This document shows, in pieces, positions 12,341 to 24,158 of a DNA stretch of 64,000 nucleotides. Below the pieces are notes generated by a model. The model had not been told where the DNA came from. It did not search any database and was given only the letters and a program-made list of their open reading frames with translations. The translations under genes and the position numbers were made by a program. The DNA is from Tubulanus polymorphus (taxonomy: Eukaryota > Animalia > Nemertea): NCBI RefSeq assembly GCF_964204645.1, contig NC_134033.1:1384131-1448130 (forward strand), written 5' to 3'. Positions within the stretch are counted from its first letter, which is position 1; every line of letters begins with the position of its first letter.

Positions 12341-13124
12341 TTTAGAACTTGTCTCGCCGGAAGCTCTGCAGTAGTTGATATTGTACATCAAAATATGTCG
12401 AATATGCGGGTTGCCCGTTGTCACACGTGATACTGCTCTAACAATCTGCGAGCCAGTAATAATTTCAGTGCCGTCGAAAAATCGGTTTACAATACGTCAA
12501 ATTAGTTAATGCTAAGAGTTACGCAATGAATTATTCATCACACACTTGTGTGAGAAAAGTGAGGATCCACCAGGTGACGCTACTGTGCAGTAGGACACCA
12601 AACACTGCGGCATTAGTGAATTCCGCTTGGCGGTAATTCACCAGGTGTCGCTAGTGAGCAGTAGGACATCACCTACTGCGGCGATAGAGGATTTCACCTT
12701 AGTGGTAATTCACCAGGTGTCGCTAGTGAGCAGTGGGACATAAATGCAGGGTTTATATTTCTAGCTCAATTTAAAATACAGCTCTTTTATGGTGATATCT
12801 AATTTGCGTTTTTATCGTGACATTTCAGGTCATTTAACATTTAACATTATGAGCTCACGATCTCATCTCGTCAAAAGGCACCGGGGGCAACATAAACAAT
12901 ATAATGTTGGCCATTTATACAAATTCGTGCATTAAATTATTAAAATTCAATTTCAATTGCGCGACGCCGCTTGAAAATTCATTTTGAAATTCATTTTCAC
13001 TTGAAATCACGGATACAAAAAAACAAATCGGTTACGTATTTGCAGTAAAGCTCGTGTCTCAAGTCGTGTACGAACAAAGCTGCATGAAAAGTTTTCTTCG
13101 CTGATGAGACGGTGAGAAACTACG

Positions 13125-15090
13125 ATGGTCATTCTGAGCATAGTTTTTACATTTGCCTCCCTTGGCGTTGGACATTCTCTGCCAATAGGTAAGATTCATT
13201 TTCGAAATTCTTTTATTTCGATCTAAAATATTGCACAGATTTTTCCACATGTGAGGTACTTCATTACGTTCTTGAGAACCATTTGTTTTAAGCATTCTTT
13301 CGGTATTCGCTCCAGGCCTCTACCGGCCTGTAGTTCAGTATTAGACAAAGTCCAACAGGTCAATTGTTAAGTTGTTAGATTGGTTGTAGAACTGAACTGA
13401 GCTCAAACTGGTCGCAAACGGATGCTTTTTTAATGTGCTTGAAAATCCTTTAAACTGGTGTCATATGTTGTAAGATTGGTTATAGAACCAAAATGAGCTT
13501 AGACTGGTCTTAAGTTCTTAGATTGGTTACAGCAGCAAAATTTGCTTAGACTGGTCTTAAGTTGTAAGATTGGTTATAGAACCAAAATGAGCTTTAGACT
13601 GGCCTTAGTTGATATATTGGTCATAGAACCATTGAGCTTAGACTGGTCTTAAGTTGTTAGATTGGTTATAGAACCAAAATGAGCTTAGACTGGTCTTAAG
13701 TTGTTAGATTGTTATAGAACTAAGATGAGCTTAGACTGGTCTTAAGTTGTTAGATTGGTTATAGAACCAAAATGAGCTTAGACTGGCCTTAGTTGATATA
13801 TTAGTCATAGAACCAAATTGAGCTTAGACTGATCTTAAGTTGTTATATTGGTTATAGAACTAAAATGAGTTTAGACTGGTCTTAAGTTGTTAGATTGGTT
13901 ATAGAACTAAAATGAGTTTAGACTGATCTTAAGTTGTTAGATTGGTTATAGAACCAAAATGAGCTTAGACTGGTCTTAAAATGTTAGATTGGTTATAGAA
14001 CCAAAATGAGCTTGGACTGGATTCATATCTAAGCCATTACTTTGCAAAAGGCCGCTCCCTGATGAAGCTCGTTGTTTAAAGAGGTCCCATCTCTTCCACA
14101 GATACGGCATGCGCCTCGGGAGACCGTCTGAAATGGAACATCATCCCTGGTTTTGCTCTTGCCGGCTTCAACGATCACTACATCGGCCAAGTGCCTGAAC
14201 CCGACTGTCTGAGATCTTGCGCTAATTCCACTAAATTCCTGTGCCGTTCCGCCGACTACGACTCGCGATTTCGGGATTGTTGGATTCAATCGGAAAGCCG
14301 ATTTACTTTTCCAGAGAATTTCAATAATTTCACTGGACTGAAAATGATTGACTGGCATTGCGAAACAGTGAACTCATTGTGTAAGTGAATGGTGGGCCAG
14401 ATAATGGGGCTTAAATTATTATCTCCAGTTCCAGTCAATGAATATCTCAGCCCTATAGAGTTTAGACTGGTCTTAAGTTTCGTAGATTGGTTATAGCTTT
14501 GATAACTTAGGAAAACAGCGGTCACCTCACAGCTGACTGACCACCTGATACAATGACTGGTCACCCACACTGACCAGACGAAATTGCAAACTCAATAACG
14601 AAATCAACTTGCGTTCTGTGGTCTAGAGTGAGGACTCGGGATTCGCAATCTGGGGACCCAGGTTCGAATCCCGGAACGGCCGGTTGTTTGGTTTAGTATT
14701 CGTGATCGGGGTTGGAACAACCGTTTTCTCTCTTTCTCATACACTCCATTTTTTAATAAAAAATAGTCAATTTCAACCAATTCGCTTTAGAATATCGAAA
14801 TTCTTCCATTAATTTTAACTCTATTAAATATAGATTTCTACGATATTCATGGCGGGCAGATTCCGTCGCCAGATGTCGCTGCGGTCGGATCCATGACGTC
14901 AGGGGGTGAATTAGAATGCGCGTTGTCGTGTCTGTCAAATCCGAGATGTGATCTGATCGTCATTAAACCGATATCGTCTGCTACCGAGGTGAACTGTCGT
15001 CTGTACGACAGCATCGTGGTACCGGATACAAAATGGCTGCCGGCCGCAGACGAACTCGTCTTCAAGGCCGATTTTAGACATAACCTGTAA
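13125..15090 (+). CDS. Secreted protein with two PAN/Apple-like domains (199 aa, 3 exons)
   Basis: join(13125..13188,14102..14380,14834..15090), phase-1 introns. Signal peptide MVILSIVFTFASLGVGHSLP; PAN1 ALAGFND...DCLRSCANSTKFLCRSADYDSRFRDCWIQSESR; PAN2 ELECALSCLSNPRC...NCRLY. Confidence 0.8.
13365..14022. repeat. 47-bp satellite TTGTTAGATTGGTTATAGAACCAAAATGAGCTTAGACTGGTCTTAAG
   Basis: About 13 copies; the same unit occurs at 22365-22668 (reverse) and 41252-41835, and matches the interior of MITE family 2. Confidence 0.92.
14611..14681 (+). mobile_element. tRNA-derived SINE head or tRNA pseudogene (intronic)
   Basis: A-box-like TGGTCTAGAGTG and perfect B box GGTTCGAATCC at tRNA spacing. Acceptor, anticodon (CGGGA/TCTGG, loop TTCGCAA) and T stems are imperfect, so it is unlikely to be a functional tRNA. 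Confidence 0.6.
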
Positions 15091-15910
15091 ATACGCAGCG
15101 CACGGATCTAGAGGCTCTAATTATCGAAAGGCACCCTCACAACTTTGAGTGCTTCATTTTTTTGTGTCAAGGTGCGCAAGTTCGTCCCGTAAATCTAGAA
15201 AAGGGGTTTATAGTCAAAACACTGCACTTCGTGGTAAAACGCACATGGACTGTACATGTATTGAGAATGCACGCATAGAAGCGATTAAAATAGAGAATAA
15301 AGTTTTTCTGATGAGTACAAAAATAGTTTATTATTAACAAACGAACGTTTTCCCCTCCTCAAGTGAAATAGATGTGAATGATGAAATTCTGAATAAAACT
15401 TACAGATATTTTTAAGAGATTCATTGCGACTGAAATTGTTGTTTTAACCAAGCCTTTGATGATGCAATGAATTCATTCATGTTTTTAAACAAATTAAATT
15501 ACTCAATTAGTTCATTAATAAGTTAGATGAATTAACTATAAACATGATGTTACAATCATTTAGAATGGAGATCATCACTAATTGGACGATTTAATTCTAC
15601 CGTATTTACAAAATATATACACATATGAACACAAAGTATTACACAAGGTTCTAACTTACGGTTTTCCCAATTTCGTTTTCCATAACTTTTCTTTCTATAC
15701 CCGGATTATAAATTTTTCATACCCCTCGGTTACACATCGCCAACCTAGAACAAGCAGTGTAGACCCATAGGCATGCTGGGAGAAAAAAACAAAATGTCCA
15801 TATCTTTTCCAGGGCCTGAAAAAACATTGCCGTTTTCCAAAACCCTTTAGCTGCTAGACTATCGAATAATGTATGTAAGGTCTCAATCTGCAGCCCCCGA
15901 GCTGGGCGGG

Positions 15911-18900
15911 CTACCCCTTAGACGGCTCATCATCGCTACTGCTCGACTCAGAAAGCTTCACCTCTTTAACTATTTCAACTGAGGCGCGATTCGGCCGGGC
16001 GGTGCTGCCACCTTTATTCGAACTTTTTCCGCGACCTTTCCCCTTGTTGGTGCGTCTGCCGGTGGCGCCCCCACCGCACACAAGCGATTTTATACCGCAA
16101 CCGGGTTTGAGGTAATCGCCCCAGGACTCTGGACTCCCGGGCGAACAAGCCGGAAATTCGGCGCGAACTAAATTCTTTTTTTTAATCTTCGGGATTACTT
16201 CGTCGTCGTTGTCGGAGCTATCCTCCGATAACACTAATTCGCGATCGACAGTCCGAACCGGAGCGGTGCTAGTTCGTTTCGCGGCGGCTCGTCGTGAAAG
16301 TTTCAATTTATCGATCGCTTCCCGTTTCGACATCACGTTCGCGCGATTGCTCCTGCGTTTAGGAGCAGACGCGCCTTCGCTCGGGGCAGACGCGCCTCCA
16401 GGGGGCGCTGGTTTCGTAGGACTAGAATTGATTTGATTGAGAGCTCGTTTAAGCCGCTTGCTTGGTTGTTTTTTCTTCATCGCGTCGCCAGCGCCATCTG
16501 TTGAGATGAACTGCGGAGTGAAATAACTTGTGATCGTTCTTTGAACCTGAAATTCAAAAATTCAAAATGGCAGCAATTTTAACTGAAACTGGATCCGTGA
16601 ACCCCTGCCCTGCCTACAGCGCCCTGTCCTGCCCACCCCCTGTCCTGCTCACCCCTGCCCCGCCCCTTCTCTCCTCCTACCGATATTTCATTGACTTTTT
16701 TCATGACCGGAAGCAACATTTCATCCGCTTTAAGTTTCGCCCAGCCCAATTTCTGTTTCGAGTAATCTCGTAGCAGATCTAGATCGGGTCGGCTCCACGT
16801 AAACGGTTCCTGGCTCGTATCAACAGTAGGTTCTAGGTACGCCTTAAAAACCGCTTCACTCGGAAAACCTGCAATAAAAAGTGGCTGGACGATCAGTTAG
16901 TGAAAGTGTGCTGATGAAATGCCTAATGTCTGGTGTTTGTAGTTCATTTTCAATTGAAAATGTCTCAGGTGAAGCACTGGACACATGTGAAGTGTGGACG
17001 ATCAGTTTTTGAAAGTGTGCTGATAAAATGTCTAATATCTAGTGTTTGTAGTTCATTTTCAATTGAAAATGTCTCAGGTGAAGCACTGAACACATGTGAA
17101 GTGTGGACGATCAGTTTTTGAAAGTGTGCTGATAAAATGTCTAATATCTGGTGTTTGTAGTTCATTTTCAATTAGAAATGTCTCAGGTGAAGTTGTGAAC
17201 ACATGTGAAGTGTGGACGATCAGTTTTTGAAAGTGAGCTGATAAAATGTCTAATATCTGGTGTTTGTAGTTAGTTCATTTTCAATTAGAAATGTCTCAGG
17301 TGAAGCACTGAACACATATGAAGTGTAGACGATGCCCTACCTGGACTGAATTCAAGTCTGCGAAGTTTGGATTTAATTTTCGTCTCCGACGGTGGTTTTT
17401 TCTGCTTGTGAGCCTCGTCCCACCATTCTCTAAAATTAACCACATCATAATATATCAGCATCGTCGAAACAGTTTTCAATTTTTCAAAACTAAAAATATT
17501 TTACAGGCGCGTTCGACGAGACGCACTTACTTGCATCGTTTCAAACCGGTTAACTGTTCCCCGGGAAACTCGGCGAGGATTTCCAGCGCAGTAACCGGGC
17601 CGACGCCGGCCACGCCTTCCGTGTAGTCGCTGCCGCACATTACAGCGATCTGTATCAGCCGCGTACGATCCAAACCTGACGGCAAAATACAGCAAGCATT
17701 TTAAATATTCCGAAAAATAGAAAATACCCCACCTTACACTATTTTTAAAGGTGACATCTGCCTATGATGTCATCAAACTGTCTACTAGTGATTTTGACTA
17801 AACTTTGAAAAGGTCCATATAGATCAAATCTAACTAAATGTAAATCAGTATTTGAAATTTGATTAATTCCATACTGGATACAACGAACTATCGGTTATAA
17901 CGAGCAGATTTTCTGATCCCTTGAAGTTCGCTGTTACGAGGTTCAGTTGTAGGAGAGAATCGATGGTAAACAAATAAAAACCAACAGTTAGGTCTGTAAA
18001 ACAGTATATTTTCTTGACAGTTTCGAAGCTTTGACTAAGCCCCATAATCAAAAATAGGGGCTCATTTCAAGCTTCGAAATTGTCAAGAAAATAAACTGTT
18101 TTACAGACCTAACTGTGGGTTATTATTTGTTCACTCTAAACTGAGATAGATATCAGTTAATTGCAGTCACAATTGGATGGTGTCATCGGTTAATCGATGA
18201 GGCAGCTATAATGCTGACCTAGGTGTTTAGTTAAATCCGTTATTTTGAACATTTCGACGTGTTTGTCTTGGTTGAAGAAGTTTTTGTAGACGGTTTCGCC
18301 GCCGAACAGCCACACGTCGCTATCGTTCGTAACGACACCGTCGACCTGACCGGTCACGTCTAAATACGCGCACTGAGCTTCCGCTTCCATCGGGCAGACG
18401 ATGTACGGCAAACCGAATAGCTGCAACAATTCCTGAAATTATTCATAATTCGAGCCTTATTTTGAAAGTTTAAAATACCGATGAGACGAGCAGGGTGCGC
18501 CACTTTGTTTGACTAGCTATTTCCTCCTGAATATTCCCTGACATACATGTTGTTTTCCCTGACTTGATCTTGTACTATGAATCCAATCAATTAACACAGT
18601 CATAGACGGAAACTGTTTGGTTTTACGCGCGATCTATCTAATCAAATTACCCCTGACTATTCTCTGATATGCTCGTTGTTCTCCATGATTTGATCTGCTA
18701 AGAATCCAATCAATTAACACAGTCAAATACGTAAAACATAGACATAAACTGTTTGATTTTACACGCGATCAAACAATCTCAACCTAGTTCTCACACTTAA
18801 GCCCTAATTACCAGGTGAGGGCAGAAATCCAGTGATACTTACTTGGGCTTCTAAATGCATTTGATCTGTGATCGTTTTCGCGAGACGTTCCTCCTTGCCG

Positions 18901-21900
18901 CGCGTCTGCTGCAAATGTTCGCCTTCAGTTTCAAGGTCAGTGGCCATCTTCTTCAATTCGACCTGCGCGCGCACGCGTACAGAGAAAAAGCGTATTGGAT
19001 CAAAAATGTTTTCAGGACCTCAAATCACAATAATCAATTCTCCCGATTCCTCTAAAACTCCCATTCTCTTCCTTCGACTCACTTCCTCTTCGTCCCCGCT
19101 TTGCCTTTTGTCTTAGACTCCCTACTCCCTTCTCTCTTTAATGCCAAGGATCAAAAGGTCTTTTAAATCACCAAAATCCCCTTCCCTCTAAAACTTCCCT
19201 TCCTCTATGTCTACAACTCCCTCCCCTTCACCTTTTACCTTAAACTCCCCACTCCCTTCCATCCCTCGATTCTAAGGTATCCACCTGAGTCATTTGTTTA
19301 AATTCCTCTGCGATGTCACGAGAAGTCTGCTGCAAATCATCATCATCATTCTTCCTTTCCTCTATGAGATCCTCCCTCTCACCATGTTCCCCTTCGATAT
19401 CATCATCCTCGATAATCTCGGGAATGTCGTCAGTTGATTCGCTCGGTATCGTTACCACTTCACTGATCACTTCAACCAAATCATCTACAATTGAGATATT
19501 TCAAATAGTTTCAAAAATCGGTTTTAACGGGCATCATCTCAAACACCATTCCAGAAATCAGTTACTGATAATCACTATTTATCATCATTTATTATGTATC
19601 ATTATTTCATCTTAAAAACAAAGGTTTTCAATCTGGATCTGAGGCAGTTATGAGTTATTGCCCTCCTTACCATCCGAAGAATCATCCGATATTTCAGTTA
19701 CAACCGGAGCCTCCTCCTCCGCCTCCTCCTCCGCTTTTTCAAACGTTTTTTTCTTCTGTTCTTCCAACAACGGATTTTTCAAATTAGTTTCGATAGCGAT
19801 TTCGTCGACTTTCGCCGGCTGTACTCCGCGAATGGAGTCGGATTTTGTCCCGTTCTCCGAACTCTTCGTAATTTGATCAAATTTCGCGATTTTGTCCGCG
19901 TTAGTCTTCGAAACGTTTTCGACGCAATCGATGACCGTTTTTCCTCCGAACGTCTGCGGTTTTTTTGAACTCGCCGCCGACGAAACTTCGACAACAGCGT
20001 CGTCATCATCATCATCATCGGAAACTAGATCATCGTCTTTGATTTCGATCGGTTTCGCAGATTTGAAGGATCGCCGATCTGGACTCGCCGTGATCACCAC
20101 CGGTTTGATATCATCACCTGATTCGAGAGAAATCGCGACCTTCTTTCTCAAAAAATCTTCGGATTTCGACGAATTTTCGGCCGTCGATATTTTTACCTGC
20201 GTCGACGCAAACCAATCAGCGATCGCTTGCGAAGACATCGCCGCCACTTTCCTTTCCTCCTTCTTCGTTTGCTCCTCAATCTCCTCCTTTCTATCCTCGT
20301 CATCATCATCATCGTTAACAATTTTAGAACTATCAGCAGACGTGATAACATCCGTCTGCCGACTCCGTCTGTCCGTAATCATCGTCGACGGCGGCAACGA
20401 CTTATTCAAACCCTTAATTAGAATATAATGCGACGAGTCTTCTGATTGGACGCGGCGGGTTTCGATGCTCCGCCCCTTCAGATTCAAACTGTCGACTATC
20501 TCGCCCGTCTGCTGTTCGTTCATCTCGCTGCGTACGACGTTCAGACGTCGAGACAAACGACTCTGATTCATTAACTTCGATACTTGATAATTCGAAAAAT
20601 TCTGCGAATCCTAGGACGAAAAGAATTGTGTTTAAATTCAACAAACTTGTTCATCGGCAGTAGCCACAATACCGAAGTTGTCTCCTGTTTTTGAGTCCTA
20701 CCGGTAATCTATTCGTATTTCCGATTCAATTTACAATTTCTAATTCAAAGTGGAGTTTGACTACAACATTGAGCAATGACTTAATCTTCCATAGATCTCC
20801 CTACATCAACATCAATCTCTTCTAAAACAACATTGGCTACTTTAAAAATCTCATGACTTCATCAATTCCTATCATCAATTTAATTTCTAGAAAGTTTCAA
20901 GTTTCGAGTTTGTTTATTCATCATAATCAAATGACATGATCGTCAATGAACGATGGCTACTTCGTTCCACAAATGCCCTATGACATCATTTCATCAAATT
21001 GTAATACTCACCTCAGGCATCTCGTGCTGCCTGTACAGAGCCCGGCGTTTATTTTTCTCTTTCAGATCGGAGAGGATCTCGTGTTGAATTTCGGGAGGCA
21101 TCGATTTGAAATCTTCCGATTCGAAATCGATTGAATCCAAATCTTGGAACTCTTTCTACAAACGAATCATAAACGTTTAAAACTGATTTTTTCCGCGACA
21201 AAAAGAAAAATCTTTTCCTTCGACTGTAAATTGGATCTTAGAATAAAAGTGGATGTGATTGTCATGAAAGTCATGGTCCATTGATGGTTCAGTACCTGTT
21301 TCAGATGCTGTTGAAATTGTTTCTGTATCTGTTCATCTCCATCCTCCTCGGACCCGCTACCCAGCGTGTATAAACTAAAAATATCCATCACTAATTATGA
21401 TTGGCTATTAAGAGGCTAGTAGTCATTTGATAATGTCATAGGGGGATGAAATTGGTGTTAGCAATAGACGAGATCATCAAGGATTTGTGGAAGTTGCCAT
21501 TCTTGTTCTGGAAGTGTTTGATGATGTCATAGGGGGATGAAATTGGTGATAGCAATAGACAAGATCATCAAGGATTTGTGGAAGTTGCCGTTCTTGTTCT
21601 GGAAGTGTTTGATGATGTCATAGGGAGATCTATGGAAGAAGTATTTAACTATAACTATAACTTCACTTCAATCAAAGTTTAGGTAATAAGTTGTAAACTT
21701 ACGAATTAGAATCACTGTGTTGTTTGTCGTCAGTGTTGTCTGCTTCGGGTGGTAACACGTACAGATCATCGACGTCTGTTGTAGTTCGATGATGTGAGGT
21801 CGACGGCTGGACCGACGCAGCCTCCGTATCGTCACCGCCGATGACATCATGTATCGCGCGCGATTTCACGTAGTTTGTCAGGATTTTCTGCGCGTGTTTC

Positions 21901-23304
21901 TCCGAGCGTTTTTCGGCCGTTTCTTTTCGATGTCTTCGCGCGTTCTAGAAAAACGATTAAGTAGCAGGCGAGTTTCCATCAGACTCTTCGAGAAAAGATA
22001 TCTGCCTCCACAAATCTCCTAGGACATCATCAATTTCAACTTGTGATTTGATGCTCTAGACCTTTCCGGAAATGATCGCACAAAAGATCAAGTTATTATT
22101 TGGCAATTTGCTGATGTCACACATAGGGATTTTTTTAAAGTAAAAAAAAAATTTGGCAGAAAGTAAACCAGGTTGATACTAATAACTCCTACAGGGTCCC
22201 TCTGGGGTCAGTTCCACGGTCAAAACTTAAGTCAAAACGTGGACTTAAATCTTAAGACTGGTCTCAAGTTGTTAGATCGACTAAAGAACTAAGTTGGCCT
22301 TCGATTGATTTTAGGTCTAAGCCATGACTATGCAACTGGCCCCGGGGGCTAAGGGCCAAGACTTGGACATGGTCTTAGACCAACTTAATTCTATAGCCAA
22401 TTAACTTAAGACCAGACTAAGCTCATTTCAGTCTCTAAATCTCAATCTAACAACTTAAGACCAGTCTAAGATCAGTTTGCCGGTTCTAAAGCCAATCTAA
22501 CTACTTAAGACCAGTCTAAACTCACTTTAGTTTTATAGTCAATCTAACAACTTAAGACTCCAGTCTAAACTCATTTTGGTTCTATAACCAATCTAACAAC
22601 TTAAGACAGTCTAAACTCATTTTGGTTCTATAACCAATCTAACAACTTAAGACCAGTCTGAGCTCAATTTAGGCCCGTGGGCATAAGCCACGTCCGTGCA
22701 CCCAGCCCCTGGGCTAGGGTTTGGGGGCTGAGGCTTGTTCAAAACTATACGTACCATAGTATCTCGTTTGAGAGCCGGAACTCCTCCGTCGAACACAAAC
22801 ACCGGCTTGATTCGATAATAAAGCAGTTTACAGCATTTATTGAACAGTCCGATCAGATGAGCGTTTGGTAACGGGTTGCCTTGTTTATCTCGCATTCCTT
22901 TAGCCGCCTGATGCAGCCAAATACTGACATGTTTTCCGCCGTTAAGGACGGAAATAATTAAAGCTTTGCTCAATCATCGCGATTAACCGAACTGGATTAT
23001 GTGCTAGAAAGATCAAAGGGTTTGTCATTTCGAGGGCTGCAGTTGCTCAAAAGATGTTAAAAGATTTCTAATTAGCAAACAATGAAATATTTTGAACGTG
23101 CCAAACTATCAATCAGCACCTTATACCGGTGTACGGAAAAGGGCTGCCCTCAGAATGCCCAGTTTTAACATTACCCTTAAATTGAATGCGGTGTAAATTG
23201 ACGATGAAAAGGATATCGATTGCTAGAATTTTTCCTTCCAATGACTCCAGAGTCACCGGGCGCCCGATGCTCTCCAAAAGCTGCCATAGACCGAGGACTC
23301 CCAT
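15911..23304 (-). CDS. ERCC5: DNA excision repair endonuclease XPG (13 coding exons)
   Basis: complement(join(15911..16546,16681..16868,17341..17429,17531..17675,18219..18432,18843..18962,19285..19484,19671..20610,21012..21155,21296..21374,21703..21944,22755..22930,23217..23304)); the 21374 acceptor has an in-frame alternative. [30 protein letters not shown]; [24 protein letters not shown]; H3[21 protein letters not shown]; PIP box QRTITSYF. Confidence 0.97.
16885..17335. repeat. ~109-bp tandem repeat x4 filling an ERCC5 intron
   Basis: TGGACGATCAG recurs at ~16886, 16994, 17104 and 17214; a related single reverse copy lies at ~31415-31500. Confidence 0.9.
18490..18785. mobile_element. Dispersed repeat family (CCCTGAC-rich, CAGGGTG-type ends; probable non-autonomous DNA transposon)
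   Basis: Near-identical reverse-complement copy at ~44080-44370 and a tandemly expanded copy at ~48880-49480. Confidence 0.65.
22205..22342. mobile_element. 138-bp MITE family 2
   Basis: TIRs GGGTCAGTTCCAC / TGCAACTGGCCC; other copies at 52388-52517 and 61249-61386. Confidence 0.75.
22931..23216 (-). other. U12-type AT-AC intron (ERCC5 first coding intron)
   Basis: Minus strand 5'ss ATATCCTTTT; branch site TCCTTAAC about 10 nt before the terminal AC; removal restores ILAI-D-VSIWLHQ. Confidence 0.95.
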
Positions 23305-24158
23305 CTTGAATCCGGCCCCGAACAACTATCGACTCAGCTCACAGTTTTTTTCAACAGATAGACTTTCTTTTATTCTGAAACGAACAGAAAACAAACAGAA
23401 ACGATCAGAATTTTCAACAGATTCTTTCACTTTGCACCTTTCTGAATTCTTTCTGACTTTCAGCTGGGCCTAAACTTTTTATAACAATTCATCAAAAGAA
23501 ATAGCACTCAAAGAAATAAGACATCCACATTTTCAAAATGATATGAATTCCCCAGTAGTAATTTAATTCATGAAAAGATAAAAATGTGCTTCCTTACCGG
23601 TAAAAATGACTTATAAGCACAGTGTTTTTGAATGTGTGCAATAAAATTTAATTTGAATTTACGTTGGCTCCACACAATTTAATCAATTCAATTTATCTAT
23701 ATTGGAAATTTCTTACCGTATTTTACTGTTTTTAGCGTCACGATTTTCTACGCAAAGAAATTCGTGTAAAATAAATAAACGATGACGACGATGAAGCCGA
23801 GAAACACACATAAATTCCATAGAAAATAGAAATCGACGCGACGTCTCATTTTTGACAGTTCTCAAAGAAAAACTCAAAAAAACACGGTATTGGACTTTGG
23901 CAAAAATCAAGGAATTGGACTTAGTCAAATAGTGACGATCTTTTTTGTATTATGACCGCTACATTACATTTTAGAAATGATTTTAATGAACTGTTGCTCC
24001 TAAGATGGGTTCCTAATAATTTTCTAAAACATGGAACAAGTCTAATAGTTGGCAAGGTTTCCGGCGGTAATTAGTTCGTTCAAGATGGCGGCGTTCGTAT
24101 AAACAAAACAAAAAATTTTCGCGAAGTTTTTCGATCGAATTTCCCGGACGCGGCGATC
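23305..24158. promoter_or_regulatory. Probable bidirectional promoter ERCC5/PPM1L with YY1-type motif
   Basis: Head-to-head start codons ~850 bp apart; CAAGATGGCGGC at 24081-24092. Confidence 0.55.

Noticed and set aside
14611-14681. Functional tRNA-Ala(CGC)
   Set aside because: Mismatched stems and no canonical D-loop GG; treated as a SINE head or pseudogene.
19658-20428. Plus-strand ORFs overlapping the large ERCC5 exon
   Set aside because: Antisense shadows of low-complexity coding sequence.
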